A DNA stretch of 64,000 nucleotides from an uncultured Acidobacteriota bacterium (lineage in GTDB: Bacteria; Acidobacteriota; Vicinamibacteria; Fen-336): the NCBI GenBank assembly GCA_963823195.1, contig CAWGKR010000001.1:38559-102558 (forward strand), in the 5' to 3' direction. The translations under genes were made by a program, and so were the position numbers. Within the stretch, counting starts at the first letter, position 1; each line of letters opens with the position of its first letter. The notes beneath the pieces are model-generated. The model was given only the letters and a program-made list of their open reading frames with translations, did no database searches and was not told the DNA's origin. Shown here one piece after another: positions 9,361 through 20,442 of the stretch.

Positions 9361-11758
9361 ATGCTGATGGACATTCGTCATGCGCTGCGCGTGCTTTGGA
9401 AGTCTCCCGCGTTCACGCTCGTGGCGTTGGTCACCCTGATGCTTGGGATTGGGGCCAACGTCGTCGTCTTCGGAGTACTGAATGCGGTCCTGCTGCGCCC
9501 GCTGGATGTGAGCGACCCGCAGAATCTCTACCAGCTTCGCCTCAAGCCGTGGACGAGCTTCAAGCTGCTGACGACGTCGTATCCCGCGTTCGAAGACTTT
9601 CGGCAGCGCAACACCACGTTCAGCGAGATGGCCGCCTTCAATGGATATGCTCGGGCGAGACTGGGCTGGGGCAATGCGGTGAGGGGTGTTTCCGGCCAGG
9701 CCGTCACAGGCAACTATTTCGAGCTGCTCGGTGTGCGACCGGAGGTTGGACGGTTCTTCCAGGCGACGGACGAGCATGGTCCGAATTCGGCGCCCTATGT
9801 GGTGTTGAGTCACGATCTTTGGCGAAGCGCATTTGGCGCCGATCCCGGCGTCGTCGGAACGACCGTGCGGCTCGACAAGGATCCCTTCACGGTGGTGGGC
9901 GTGGCACCGGCGCAATTCCACGGCACGGAGAAATTCGTCTGGCCGGACTACTGGATACCCATCGTGAACTGGGGAGACTTGCACACCCGGAGCTCCCCAT
10001 CGGTGACGGTGCTTGGCCGGCTGAAGCCAGGCGTGACGCCCCAACAGGCAACGGACAATCTGAATGCGATCGCGGCCCAGTTGGCGAAGGAGTACCCAGA
10101 GACAGACAGCGGACTGCCACTGCGGCTGGTCCGTCCCGGACTCTTTGCGGACAACGGTGACGTCATTCGCGGGTTTCTTCAGGGCGTGACCGGGCTGGCT
10201 CTGCTCGTGCTGGTGGCGGCGTGCGCCAATCTGGCCAGCCTCTTCGCGGCCCGCGCGGCCGATCGCAGCCGGGAGCTGGCCCTCCGGGTGGCCCTCGGAG
10301 CGAGCCCGTGGCGGCTGGTGCGGCAATTGATGACCGAGGCGATGCGTGGTGTCGATGCTGGGCGGAGCCGCGGGGCTCTTGACCGCGAGCCTGCTGCTGG
10401 GTGCGCTGAACCGGTGGCAGTCGCCCTATGGCCAGGCGGCAGTCAGTGTCGATGCGCGCGTCTATCTGGCCGCTCTGACCTTCACCCTGGTGAGCGCGCT
10501 GCTCTTCGGGATGATTCCGGCGCGGCAGGTATGGCAGAGCAGTCCGTTGCCGGCGATGAAGGGCGGAGCGGCGGAGCCAATGCCCCTGCACCGGTTTGCC
10601 CTGCGGGACCTCTTGTTGGGCGCACAGATCGCAGTCTGCATGCTGCTGGTCACGGCTTCGCTCGTCGCGGTACGCGGCATGGTGCGCATGCTGCACGCTC
10701 CGCTGGGCTTCCAGCCGCAGGGCGTGATGCTGGCCGAGATGGACCTGAGCCTGGTGGAACCGGGAGGCGACGAGCCGCTCGAGAAGACGAAGGCAATGAT
10801 CGAAGCGGTGCGGAACATCCCCGGCGTCGCGACGGCGGGCGCGGTGAACCGAGTGCCCTTTACCGGCGGCCTGCATGGGGTTCCGGTCTTCCAGCCAGGG
10901 ACGACCGAGTTCACGCTCGACAATTCCGTGCTGGCGCCGTACGTGTTCACCATATCGCCGGGATACCTGGAGGCTGCCGGCACTCGGCTGCGGCGTGGAC
11001 GTGATTTCTCGTGGCAGGACACCGCCAGGACGCCGTATGTGGCGATCGTGAACGAAACCTTCGCGCGGAAGATGTGGGGCGACACGCCGGCGATCGGGCA
11101 GCGCTTCGTCTTGCGAGGCCATTTGACCGAAGTCGTGGGCGTGGCCGAGGACGGCAAGTACCACGACATGCAGGAGTCGCCCCAGCCGGTGGTCTATCTG
11201 TCCTTGTCGCAGGACGAGCCGAGCGACCTGATCTTCGTGGCGCGGTCGCGGCGGGCCATGAACGAGATGGCGGCGACGCTCGAGCGCACCCTGAGTGGTC
11301 TGGAACCGAATGCGCAAATCAAGGTGCGGAGCTGGCCCGACGCGCTCGGGGGGATGCTCTTCCCGGCACGCGCGGCCACCCTGTCACTGGGCGTCATGGG
11401 CCTGCTCGCGGCGATGCTGGCGGTGACGGGCATCTTCGGCATCGCGGCCTACAACGTGAGCCACCGGATGAAAGAGCTCGGCATCCGCGTGGCCCTGGGC
11501 GCGCGCACGAAGTACGTGATGAGCGCGGCGGTGGGGCGGCCCATCGTGCTGCTGGGGGTGGGCTCGTTGGTAGGGCTTCTGTTGGGCGTCTTCGCCAGCC
11601 GGTTGCTGGGAAAGATCGTGTATCAGGCGAATCCGCTGGATCCCGTGGTCCTGGGCGGCGCCGTGCTCACGATGGCACTGCTCGGCATTGCCGCGTCCGC
11701 CATTCCAGCCCTGCGAGCGCTTGCTGTCGATCCATCCAGACTCATGCGGGAAGAGTGA
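9361..11758 (+). CDS. ADOP-family (duplicated MacB/FtsX-type) ABC permease, one frameshift near 10345
   Basis: IRHALRVLWKSPAFTLVALVTLMLGIGAN; ELALRVALGASPWRLVRQLMTE; second half ELGIRVALGA. Split over ORFs 9361..11004 and 10346..11758. Confidence 0.88.
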
Positions 11759-11802
11759 GGCGGGCGGATGGAGAGCCATCGCCAAGGCACTCCCCGGTCC
11801 GC

Positions 11803-12591
11803 CTAGCGCTGCGCCGGCGCCGGCGAGGCGAGCGACTGCAGCCACGCCGCCTTCCAGGCTTCCGCCGTGCGTCCCGTGAGGCCCACGAAGTCGCCTTCGG
11901 CCGAGGTCAGCAGGCGCACCACCGCGCCCACGCCACGGTCGTCCACGAGAAACTTGGTGAGGGAATGGGAGAGCACGTAGAAAGGGCGCGCGACGCCCCA
12001 GCGGTCCTCCTCCAGGCGGGGAGGGTCGCCGTGATCGCCGACCCACGGGAGCACCGCTCGCCCCACGTCGCTGCCGACGAAGCGGCGCGCGGCGGCGTGG
12101 ATGTCGCGATCGCCGGCGCCCGTGAAGATGTGGGCGTCGTACCCTCCCCTGTTCTCGCTCACCCAGCTCTCGAGATACGAGGCGAAGCCTTCGGTGAGCC
12201 ACGTCCTGTCGCTATGGGACGGCACGAGGATGTGGACGATCTCGTGCAGGTACGGCGCAGACCGGCTGCGCACACGGTCCAAGGGGAGGATGACGGTATT
12301 CCGATAGGCGCGTGACATGCCGACGTCCTCGCCCACGATGAACCGCACGCGGCGCGTGCGGCGGGCCGACGCAGGGAGGCTCTCGGCGACGAGCGCTTCG
12401 ATGTCGGCCACACCCCGGTCCGCGAGGTCCGCGAACGCCGACGCCTCGGCGGGGGTCAAGGCGCCCCTGTCGCACTCGACGACGACCCGCGACGCCTCCG
12501 TCCGCATGCGCTCACCCGGCGAGTCGGCGGCGGCCAGCGATACGCGGCGTCGTTGCCACCGCGAGAAGGATCCCGAGGCGCGCAACGCCAC
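11803..12591 (-). CDS. Putative zinc metallopeptidase (HExxH...E, gluzincin-like)
   Basis: PYLHEIVHIL followed by WLTEGFASYLE; start uncertain. Confidence 0.65.
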   Translation of the reverse strand: MALRASGSFSRWQRRRVSLAAADSPGERMRTEASRVVVECDRGALTPAEASAFADLADRGVADIEALVAESLPASARRTRRVRFIVGEDVGMSRAYRNTVILPLDRVRSRSAPYLHEIVHILVPSHSDRTWLTEGFASYLESWVSENRGGYDAHIFTGAGDRDIHAAARRFVGSDVGRAVLPWVGDHGDPPRLEEDRWGVARPFYVLSHSLTKFLVDDRGVGAVVRLLTSAEGDFVGLTGRTAEAWKAAWLQSLASPAPAQR

Positions 12592-12609
12592 CCCGTGGCA
12601 ACGGAGGGA

Positions 12610-13639
12610 TCAGCGTCCCTGGAGCGTGGCGAGGGCGGCGAGGGCGGCTCCCCGCGCTCCGGCCATGTCCCGGTCGGGGACGAGGGCGAAGCGCGAGGCC
12701 TGGACCTGCTCCTCGCGAAGCTTCGTGTTCTCCCGCACCGTGGCGAGGAACCAGTCGCGGAACGCGGGCGCGGACTCGACCACGCCGCCGCCCACGAAGT
12801 AGGCGCCGGGATCGGTGAAGTTCGCGGCGATCGTGAAGAACCGCCCGATCGCCATGGCCTGCTGCTCGAAGATCTTCAGGGCCATGGGGTCGTTCCGCTC
12901 CCCGTACGAGCGGACGAGCTTGGCGGCCTGGGCCACGTCGGCGACCTTGCCGAGCTCGTGATCCGGGAAGCGCGTGAGCCAGTAGGGCAGGAGGTTGTGC
13001 TCGATCGCGGTGAGGGAGGCGATGCTCTCGACGTCGCCGTGGAAGCCGCAATTGCAGCGGGGAAGGGGCTGCTCGGGACCCAGGAGGCCGTCCATCGGGA
13101 TGTGGACGTGGCCCAGCTCCCCGGCCATGCCGGCGGCCCCCTTGACGATCCGGCCCGCCTCGATCACGCCGCCGCCGAGGCCCGTCCCCACGATCGCCGA
13201 TATCGACGAGGACCGCGCCCCCTTGTCGCCGAAGAAGGAGTGGTGGGCGTAGAGAGCGGCGGCGTTCCCGTCGTTGTTGTAGACGACGGGCAGGCCCAGG
13301 CGCCCCTCGAGGGCGCCGCGGAAATCGAGGCCGCGCCAGCCGGGGTGGGAGAAGTTCGTCGACCCGAGGGAGGAGATGACGCCGTCGGCGCTGGCCGGGC
13401 CGGGGGTGTCGAGGCCGACCGACCGCACCCGGTCCCGCGCGACGCCGGTCCGCTCCAGGATGCCGTCGAAGGCCTCGATCGAGCGCGTCGATCGCCACCT
13501 GGGGTCCCTCCTGGACCCGGCTGGGCGTCTCGACGAGGTCGGTCACGAGGAACCCGGCGGCGGGGTCCAGGATCGTGGCGTTGTTCTTGTTGCCGCCGTT
13601 GTCGAGGCCGACGACGACCCACCCGTCCTGCATCGCCAT
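12610..13639 (-). CDS. ROK-family sugar kinase, frameshift near 13490
   Basis: N-terminal VVGLDNGG; VYNNDGNAAA; GTGLGGG; AGELGH; CNCGFHGDVE. Confidence 0.88.
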
Positions 13640-13688
13640 AGCGGGCGGCATTGTATGCGGCGCCCTCGGTCGGCGCCAGGGGGAGGCC

Positions 13689-16341
13689 TCAGGGCGTCGC
13701 GGAGACGGGAGCGACGTTCCAGCCGTCGATCTCCACGACGGCCTTCGCCCCGCCGAGCTCCGCCGGGGAGTAGCGCCCGACGATCTCGCGCTTCTCGCCC
13801 GGCAGGAGGGAGACGTAGTTGTCGTCCCAGAATATGGGCGTCACGTCCTCGCCCCCCGGACCACGGGTCAACCGCGCGTGCACCATGAACGCCACGCTCG
13901 GGCTCGGGTTTTCGAGCGTCACGCGGACGGAGGCATCGCTCCCGGCGGTGTCGGCCAGGGCGGCGGTCGTCAGCGTCACCTTGGGAAGGGACGCGAGGCC
14001 CGACAGGTCGGCGTAGTCCGACTGAGGCGTATAGACCGTGTCGAGCTTCTTCGCCCAATCGAGGACGTCGGGCTTCGTCGAGAGCCAGTAGAAGTTCTCG
14101 CTCACCGGCCGTCCCCCGGCGTCGGCCAGTCGGAGGCGCAGGAAGTACGTCCTGGTCTCGGGCCCGACGGCCGGAACGTCGAGCGCCTTGACGCTGCTGT
14201 CGGCGGGCAGGTCGAGGGTCGTCTCTCGCGAGCCCAGCTCCTTGGCGTCGAGGGAGTAGAGCCTCGCGTCGACCTTCATTCCGGACAAGGGTTGAGCCGT
14301 TTCGTTGATCACCGCCACGGATCGGTCGTCGTACGAATACTGCACGTGGACCGGCTCGCACGCCTTCTTGGTGCCGAAGTAGCCGCCGGCGGGCACCAGG
14401 TAGTAGTCGTACAGGTGCCAGATGATCGACGGCCAGGCGTTGTTGAGCATCCACTGGATCACGCCCGTGGACACGAACTTGTTGCGGGCGTAGGCCTCGA
14501 ACATGGCGCGCTCGGCCTCGTAGGTCATCGCCTGGGACTTCCGGAGGAAGTCGTCGAGGCTCTCGGCCTTCCCGTAGCGGCGGTTCACGCCGTTGGCGAA
14601 GACGCCGATGGTCGTGAAGCGCTCCTTCCCGGCGTGGTAGTTCCAGACGTCGTCGATGGGCCAGAGATGATCGGCCGGGATGAAGCGCTTCAGGCTCTCG
14701 AGGGGCGGGATCGCCGGGCCCGGGCTCGTCTCGGTGTTGAAGCCGTGGGCGCCGCCGGCCTGCGCGTCGGTCAGCCAGTAGTTGGGCGGGACGTACTCGT
14801 AGGGCCCCGTCATCTTCACGCCGGAGGGCCCCGTCACCGTCGTCGGCGACTCCGACGCCGAGGAGAGGGCGGGGTTCGGCCAGCGGTGGTCCTTGAGGAC
14901 GCGCAGGTACATCTTCTCGACGTCCGCCGGGGGCGGGCCGTCGCTGCCGTAGAGCCAGACGAAGACGCTCGGGTGGGCGCGGAGCCGGCGGGCCTGGTCG
15001 GCCATCGACGCCGCGGCGATCAGGTGGTGCTCGGGCTTCCACTTGTCCCACATCTCCCACATGTCGCAGCACGTCCAGCCGGGCATGATCAGGATCCCCA
15101 GCTCGTCGGCCTGGTCGAAGAACTCGTCGCGCTCCATGCGCCCCTCGAGACGGATGGCGTTCAGCCCCATGTCCCGGGTGTAGCGCAGGGCGGCGTCGGC
15201 CTGGCGCGGGCGACCATCGGAGCAGCATGTCGGGGGCCCAGGCCGCCCCGCGGATCAGGACCTTGCGGCCGTTCACGCGGAAGAGCCGGTGGCCCTTGTC
15301 GGTCAGCTCCGACGTGACCTCCCGGATGCCGAAGCGCAGCGACGCGGAGTCGGACGCCTTGCCGCCGCTCTCGAACGCGAGCTTGGCGGTGTACAGGTTG
15401 GGCGTGCCCATCGTGTACGGCCACCAGAGGCGCGGATGGTCGAGCCGAAGCTCCGGATGCGCCTCCGGCGCGAGGTCCACCGTCCTCGTCTCCCCGGCCG
15501 CCAGCTCCACGGCCTCGCTGACGCGTCACGCCTTCGATCTCGACCTTCAGCGTTCCCTTCACCGGGTGGGCCGACGCGTTGGCGAGGTCGGCGCTCACGG
15601 TCAAGGCTGCCCTTCCGTGATCGGCGTCGAGCTTCGAGGCCACGAAGGGGTGCCGCAGCGAGACGTCGCCGCTCGTCGCGACGTAGACGTCCTTCCAGAG
15701 TCCCATGTCCTTGTCGGCCGGGGTGGGGTTCCAGTCGACCCAGGTGAGCGCGAGGTCGTCCTTCTCCGGGGCGAAGACCTCCACCGCCAGGGCGTTCGTC
15801 GTCGCCCCGCGCGTCAGCTTCGTCACGTCGAACTCGAAGAGCCGGAACGTGCCGGCGACGTCCTTGGCGTCGGCGATCTTCTGGCCGTTGAGCCAGACGT
15901 TGGCGCGGTAGTTGATGCCGTCGAAGTGGAGCCACGCCGTCTTCTCGCGGTACTCGGCCGGGAGCGTGAACTCCGTGCGGTACCACCACGAGCAGCGGAA
16001 GGGGCTGCCCGCGGGCATGGCCTGGTTGGAGAAGAACTCCTTGTCCGGGTAGTTCATCCCGGGGAACGACTTGAGGTTCGTGCCGAAGAACGGGTCGCCG
16101 TAGGTCTTGTCGGCCACGAGCGCCGCCACCACGGTGGTCGGGACGCCCGCGTGGTGCCATGCGCTCGTGTCGAAGCCCGCCTTCGAAAGATCCGCGCCTG
16201 TGGCCTTGACCTGGCAGGAGGACTGGAGGGCCCAGTGCGCCGTTCAGCGGCACCCGGCCCGCCTGTGCGTGGGCTCCCGACGCCGAAGCCAGGATCACCG
16301 CCATCGACAGGACGCCAGCGAGACCGTCGCAAGAGTGACAT
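13689..16341 (-). CDS. GH2 exo-beta-D-glucosaminidase (CsxA-like), several frameshifts (~15215, ~15525, ~16240)
   Basis: GLNAIRLEG, WLYGSD, GFNTETSPG, WMLNNAWPS..WHLYDYYL; N-terminal signal-like segment; three ORF pieces. Confidence 0.85.
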
Positions 16342-16445
16342 GGCTCTCCTCATTTCGCTCCCGCTCCCGGGCGAGCACGGTAATGCATGGTACCGAGGCG
16401 CGCGCCCATGTCAAGACTTTTGTCGAGTATTTAAAAAACGACCGG

Positions 16446-16454
16446 TGCTAGACT
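16446..16454 (+). promoter_or_regulatory. Extended -10 element (TGnTAGACT) upstream of aminotransferase
   Basis: TGCTAGACT in an AT-rich divergent intergenic region; same 9-mer at 25752 and 31777. Confidence 0.55.
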
Positions 16455-16479
16455 CGCGCCTCGCGAGGGGCGCCATTCC

Positions 16480-17616
16480 ATGCGGATCGATCTCTTCGAG
16501 ATGGAGCGGATGCAGTCGGTGCACTGGCACCGCGTCCGCTACGACCTTTCCGAGAGCGGCGTGGAGCCGCTGCGCCTCGACGAGCTGCTCGAGCTCAGCG
16601 GCGGCGCGCGTGAGTTCCAGCGCACGCGCCTCGGGTATCCGCTGTCGGAGGGATCGGAGGCGCTGCGCACGCAGATCGCCCGTTGGTATCCGGGCGCCGG
16701 CGTCCCCAACGTCACGGTGATGAACGGCGGCTCCGAGGCCAACCACCTCGCCCTGTGGACGCTCCTCGAGCCGGGGACGCGCCTTGCCTTCATGGTTCCC
16801 AACTACATGCAGGGCTGGGGTCTCGGCCGGCAGTACGGCGACGGCACCGACGAGTTCCGGCTGAAACCGGTGCGCCACGAGGGCGGGCGCCGCTGGGCTC
16901 TCGACCTCGAGTCCCTCGATCGCGCCGTGGGCTCCGCGCACGCGCGTCATCATGGTCTGCAACCCCAACAACCCGACCGGGGCGGTCCTCACCGCCGAGG
17001 AGATGGACGCCGTCGTCCGCGCGGCGCGGCGGAGGAACGCGTGGATCGTCTCCGACGAGATCTACCGGGGGGCGGAGGTCCCGGGACAGGAGACGACGCC
17101 GACGTTCTGGGGACGATACAACCGGGTCGTCGTGACGTCGGGGCTCTCGAAGGCGTTCGCTCTTCCGGGACTTCGCGTCGGCTGGATCGTCGCCCCCGCC
17201 CGCCTGATCCAGGAGATCTGGAAGCGCCACGACTACACGACGCTGACGCCCGGGATGCTTTCGGACCGCCTGGCCGCGCGGGTGCTGGAGCCCGCCGTGC
17301 GCGAGCGCGTGCTGCTGCGGACGCGCGCGATCATCCGCCGCAACCTGCCCCGGCTCGAGGAGTGGCTGGCCGCCCACGACGAGCCTCCTCGAGTACACGC
17401 CGCCCCGCGCAGGCGCGATCGTGTTCGCCCGTTACCGCCTGCGGATCGCCTCCCAGGAGCCTCGTCGACCGGATCCGGCAGCGGCGGTCGGTACTCCTCG
17501 TCCCCGGGGACCAGTTCCACGGCGGGCGCGGCCTTCGCTTCGGCTTCGGCCACGACATCGACCGGACGCTCGAGGGGCTGGCCCTCGTGAGCCGAGAGCT
17601 GCGACGGGCGCGCTAG
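16480..17616 (+). CDS. PLP-dependent aminotransferase class I/II, net-compensating frameshifts (~16935, ~17385, ~17458)
   Basis: YDLSESGV, CNPNNPTG, DEIY, SGLSKAFALPGLRVGW. The core motifs lie in the 16952..17590 frame. Confidence 0.88.
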   Translation: MRIDLFEMERMQSVHWHRVRYDLSESGVEPLRLDELLELSGGAREFQRTRLGYPLSEGSEALRTQIARWYPGAGVPNVTVMNGGSEANHLALWTLLEPGTRLAFMVPNYMQGWGLGRQYGDGTDEFRLKPVRHEGGRRWALDLESLDRAVGSAHARHHGLQPQQPDRGGPHRRGDGRRRPRGAAEERVDRLRRDLPGGGGPGTGDDADVLGTIQPGRRDVGALEGVRSSGTSRRLDRRPRPPDPGDLEAPRLHDADARDAFGPPGRAGAGARRARARAAADARDHPPQPAPARGVAGRPRRASSSTRRPAQARSCSPVTACGSPPRSLVDRIRQRRSVLLVPGDQFHGGRGLRFGFGHDIDRTLEGLALVSRELRRAR

Positions 17617-17623
17617 GCGGCCT

Positions 17624-18142
17624 TCACGTCGCGGGGTCTCCTTCGACGTCGGCCGCGACGACCTCGACGGTTCCACGCCCCGGGCGCCGGAGGAACGCGA
17701 TCAGGTAGGCCACGATGAGGAGGTTGGTCACCAGGATCGCGACGCGCGTGACGTTGATCCGCCGCGTCAGCTCGTAGATCTCGAGGGGCAGGAACGACCC
17801 CGTGAGGATGACGGTCAGGTACTCCGCCCATCGCTTCTCGAGCCAGAGGCCGATGCCTTCGGTGAGGAGCAGCGCCGAGTAGAAGAACGTCCCGGCCCCG
17901 ATCCGGCGGAGCATGTGGTCGTCGACCGCACCGGCGCGAAGCAGCAGCGCGTGGATGAAGCGGCTCTGCGGGTCGAACCGCAGCTCCGCGACCCACCGGT
18001 TCACGACCTCCGCCACGTCACGGTGGAGGAGCCGCAACGCTCCGATCCCCACGGCGAGGAGCAGCACGCCCTTGAAGAGCTTGAAGGCCGCAATCAGGCG
18101 CAGCGCGAGCGGGTGCGCGGCGTCACGTCCGCTCGTGGCCAT
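17624..18142 (-). CDS. DUF2127-like membrane protein
   Basis: LRLIAAFKLFKGVLLL..EGIGLWLEKRWAEYLTVI..LPLEIYEL. Confidence 0.8.
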   Translation of the reverse strand: MATSGRDAAHPLALRLIAAFKLFKGVLLLAVGIGALRLLHRDVAEVVNRWVAELRFDPQSRFIHALLLRAGAVDDHMLRRIGAGTFFYSALLLTEGIGLWLEKRWAEYLTVILTGSFLPLEIYELTRRINVTRVAILVTNLLIVAYLIAFLRRPGRGTVEVVAADVEGDPAT

Positions 18143-18249
18143 GGCGGATTATAGGCGTAGGAGGCCCGGGCGGCTGATATCATGCCCTGAGACCGCATCT
18201 CGTTCACTGAGGAGGATCAAAGCCTTGACCAAAGCCCTTCGGTACGACG

Positions 18250-18783
18250 ATGTTCGCGACCGTCACGCTCCTCGGCGCCGCCCTGCCAGCACGGGCGGAG
18301 GTCATGCTCACTCCCTTCTACGGCGCGGCGTTCGGTGGCTCCACCGATGCGAGCCGCACCACCTACGGCGGCGCCGTGGGCTTCCTCGGAGGTGGCGTCT
18401 TCGGGTTCGAGGGGGAGTTCTCCTACGTCAAGGACTTCTCCAGCAACGTGTCTTCCGACGTCCTCGCCTCCAACAACGTCCAGGCCCTGTCGGGAAACCT
18501 CCTCGTGGCCATTCCCGCGGGGCAGGTGCGGCTTTATGGCACCGCCGGAGTCAGCCTGCTGCGCCCCGATCTCAAGACGCGCGAGGGGTTCGTCGTCGTC
18601 AACGACGACAAGGTGGGATACAACGTGGGCGGAGGGCTCATCCTGTACTTCAGCGGCCACGTCGGGCTCCGTGGCGACTTCAGGTTCTTCCAGGCCTTCG
18701 GCAACCTGGAGTCCGGAAACGCCATCGACCTCGGCAAGCTCGACTACTGGCGCGGCGTCGGCGGGCTCACGATCAAGTTCTAA
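18250..18783 (+). CDS. Outer-membrane beta-barrel (OMP_b-brl) protein
   Basis: Signal peptide, alternating beta-strands, C-terminal ..GGLTIKF. Confidence 0.75.
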   Translation: MFATVTLLGAALPARAEVMLTPFYGAAFGGSTDASRTTYGGAVGFLGGGVFGFEGEFSYVKDFSSNVSSDVLASNNVQALSGNLLVAIPAGQVRLYGTAGVSLLRPDLKTREGFVVVNDDKVGYNVGGGLILYFSGHVGLRGDFRFFQAFGNLESGNAIDLGKLDYWRGVGGLTIKF

Positions 18784-18821
18784 CCCGCGATCTCGACACT
18801 CTCGACAGGCAAGGGGCTGGC

Positions 18822-20299
18822 TTGACGCAGTTCACCTGGATCGACGGCAGCATCATCGGCCTCTACCTCGTGGCGACGATGGTCGCCGGCCTCATGGTCC
18901 GGCGCTACGTCGGGAGCGTCGAGCACTACCTCGTCGCCGGTCGCGAGATGGACGTCCACCTCGGTATCGCCTCGCTCGCCGCCACCGAGTTCGGCATCGT
19001 CACGTGCATGTACACGGCGGAGAGCGGGCTATCGGTACGGCTTCGCGGGGGCGACGCCGGGGATCCTCCAGGCCCTCGCCATGTTCTTCGTGGGCGTGAC
19101 GGGCTTCTGCGTGAAGCCGCTTCGAGAGGCGCGGGTGATGACGCTCCCCGAGCTCTTCGAGAAGCGATTCGGCGTCGGGGTCCGGCGGGCGTCGGGAGTC
19201 GTGATCGTCCTGGGCGGCCTGCTCAACATGGGCGTCTTCCTCCGGATGGGGGGCGAGTTCCTCATGACCGTGACGCGGTTCCAGGGCGCGGCCGGCGGCC
19301 ACACCCTGGAGCTGACCATGACCGTGCTCCTCGTGATCGTGGCCGTCTACACGATCCTGGGCGGCATGTTGTCGGTGCTCGTCACGGACTTCCTCCAGTT
19401 CATCGTCATGAGCGTCGGTCTCATCGTCGTCACGGTCCTGGTCTTGTTCCGGGTCGGCTGGACGCAGCCTCGCCGACGTCGTGGACCGGCACTACGGCGC
19501 CGCCGGCTTCAGCCCCTTCGCGAACCCGCAGATGGGCTGGCCCTACGTCCTGTTCAACGCCTGCCTGAACCTGGCCGTGGTGCTCACGTGGCAGACCACG
19601 ATCGCCCGGGTCATGGCCGCGAAGGACGCCAAGACGGGGCAGCGGGTCTACACGGGCACCGCGTTCTTCTTCGTGGCGCGCTTCCTGATCCCGGGCATCT
19701 GGGGGATCGCGGCGCTCGCGGTCCTTCCCCCGGGCACCGCGGGGATCACGACGCTCACCGCCATGCCGACGTGGCTGTCGACGTTCCTCCCGACGGGCCT
19801 CATCGGCCTCATGCTGGCCGCGATGCTCGCCGCCGACATGTCCACCGACTCGAGCTACATGCTCACGTGGGCGAGCGTCATCTACAACGACATCGTCGCT
19901 CCCTGGCGACGGCCCGGCTGGACCGACAAGAAGGGGCTCCTCATGAATCGCTCCATCGTCGCCCTCATCGGCGTGTTCCTGCTTCTGTACGGGCTCTGGT
20001 ATCCCTTGAAGGGAGACCTGTGGTCCTACCTCGGCGTCACGGGCACCATCTACCTCGCGAGCATGTCGACGCTGCTCGTCGCCTGCTGCTACTGGTCGAA
20101 GGCCAACGACTGGGGAGCCTCGGGAGCGATCGCCCTTGGCGCGATCATTCCCGTCACCTATCTCGTGCTCGAGCAGCTTCCGTCCACGGGCGAGACGGTG
20201 CGCCGCGTGGTGGGTCCGTACTGGTCGGGGCTCGCGGCCTACGCCTGCGCCGCGGCGGCGATGGTCGTGGGATCGCTCCTCAAGCCGAGGTCCGCATGA
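18822..20299 (+). CDS. Sodium:solute symporter (SSS) family protein, frameshifts ~19030 and ~19470
   Basis: HYLVAGREM, TLPELFEKRF, YTILGGMLSVLVTDFLQF, GLMLAAMLAADMST; TTG start after AAGGGG. Confidence 0.88.
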
Positions 20300-20442
20300 G
20301 CGCGCGCTTCGTCTGGTGGCTGCTGAGCTGGGCCTGCGTCGTCTGGTACAGCACGCTGACGTTCTACGTGGCCTTCAAGGGGTTCGCCGACATCACCCGG
20401 ATGCTCAGGAAGCTCCGGTCCGGGCAAACGCCCCTCGAGTGA
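20296..20442 (+). CDS. Small single-TM protein coupled to the SSS gene
   Basis: ATGA overlap with the SSS stop; MSARFVWWLLSWACVVWYSTLTFYVAFKGFADITRMLRKL (48 aa). Confidence 0.65.
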   Translation: MSARFVWWLLSWACVVWYSTLTFYVAFKGFADITRMLRKLRSGQTPLE

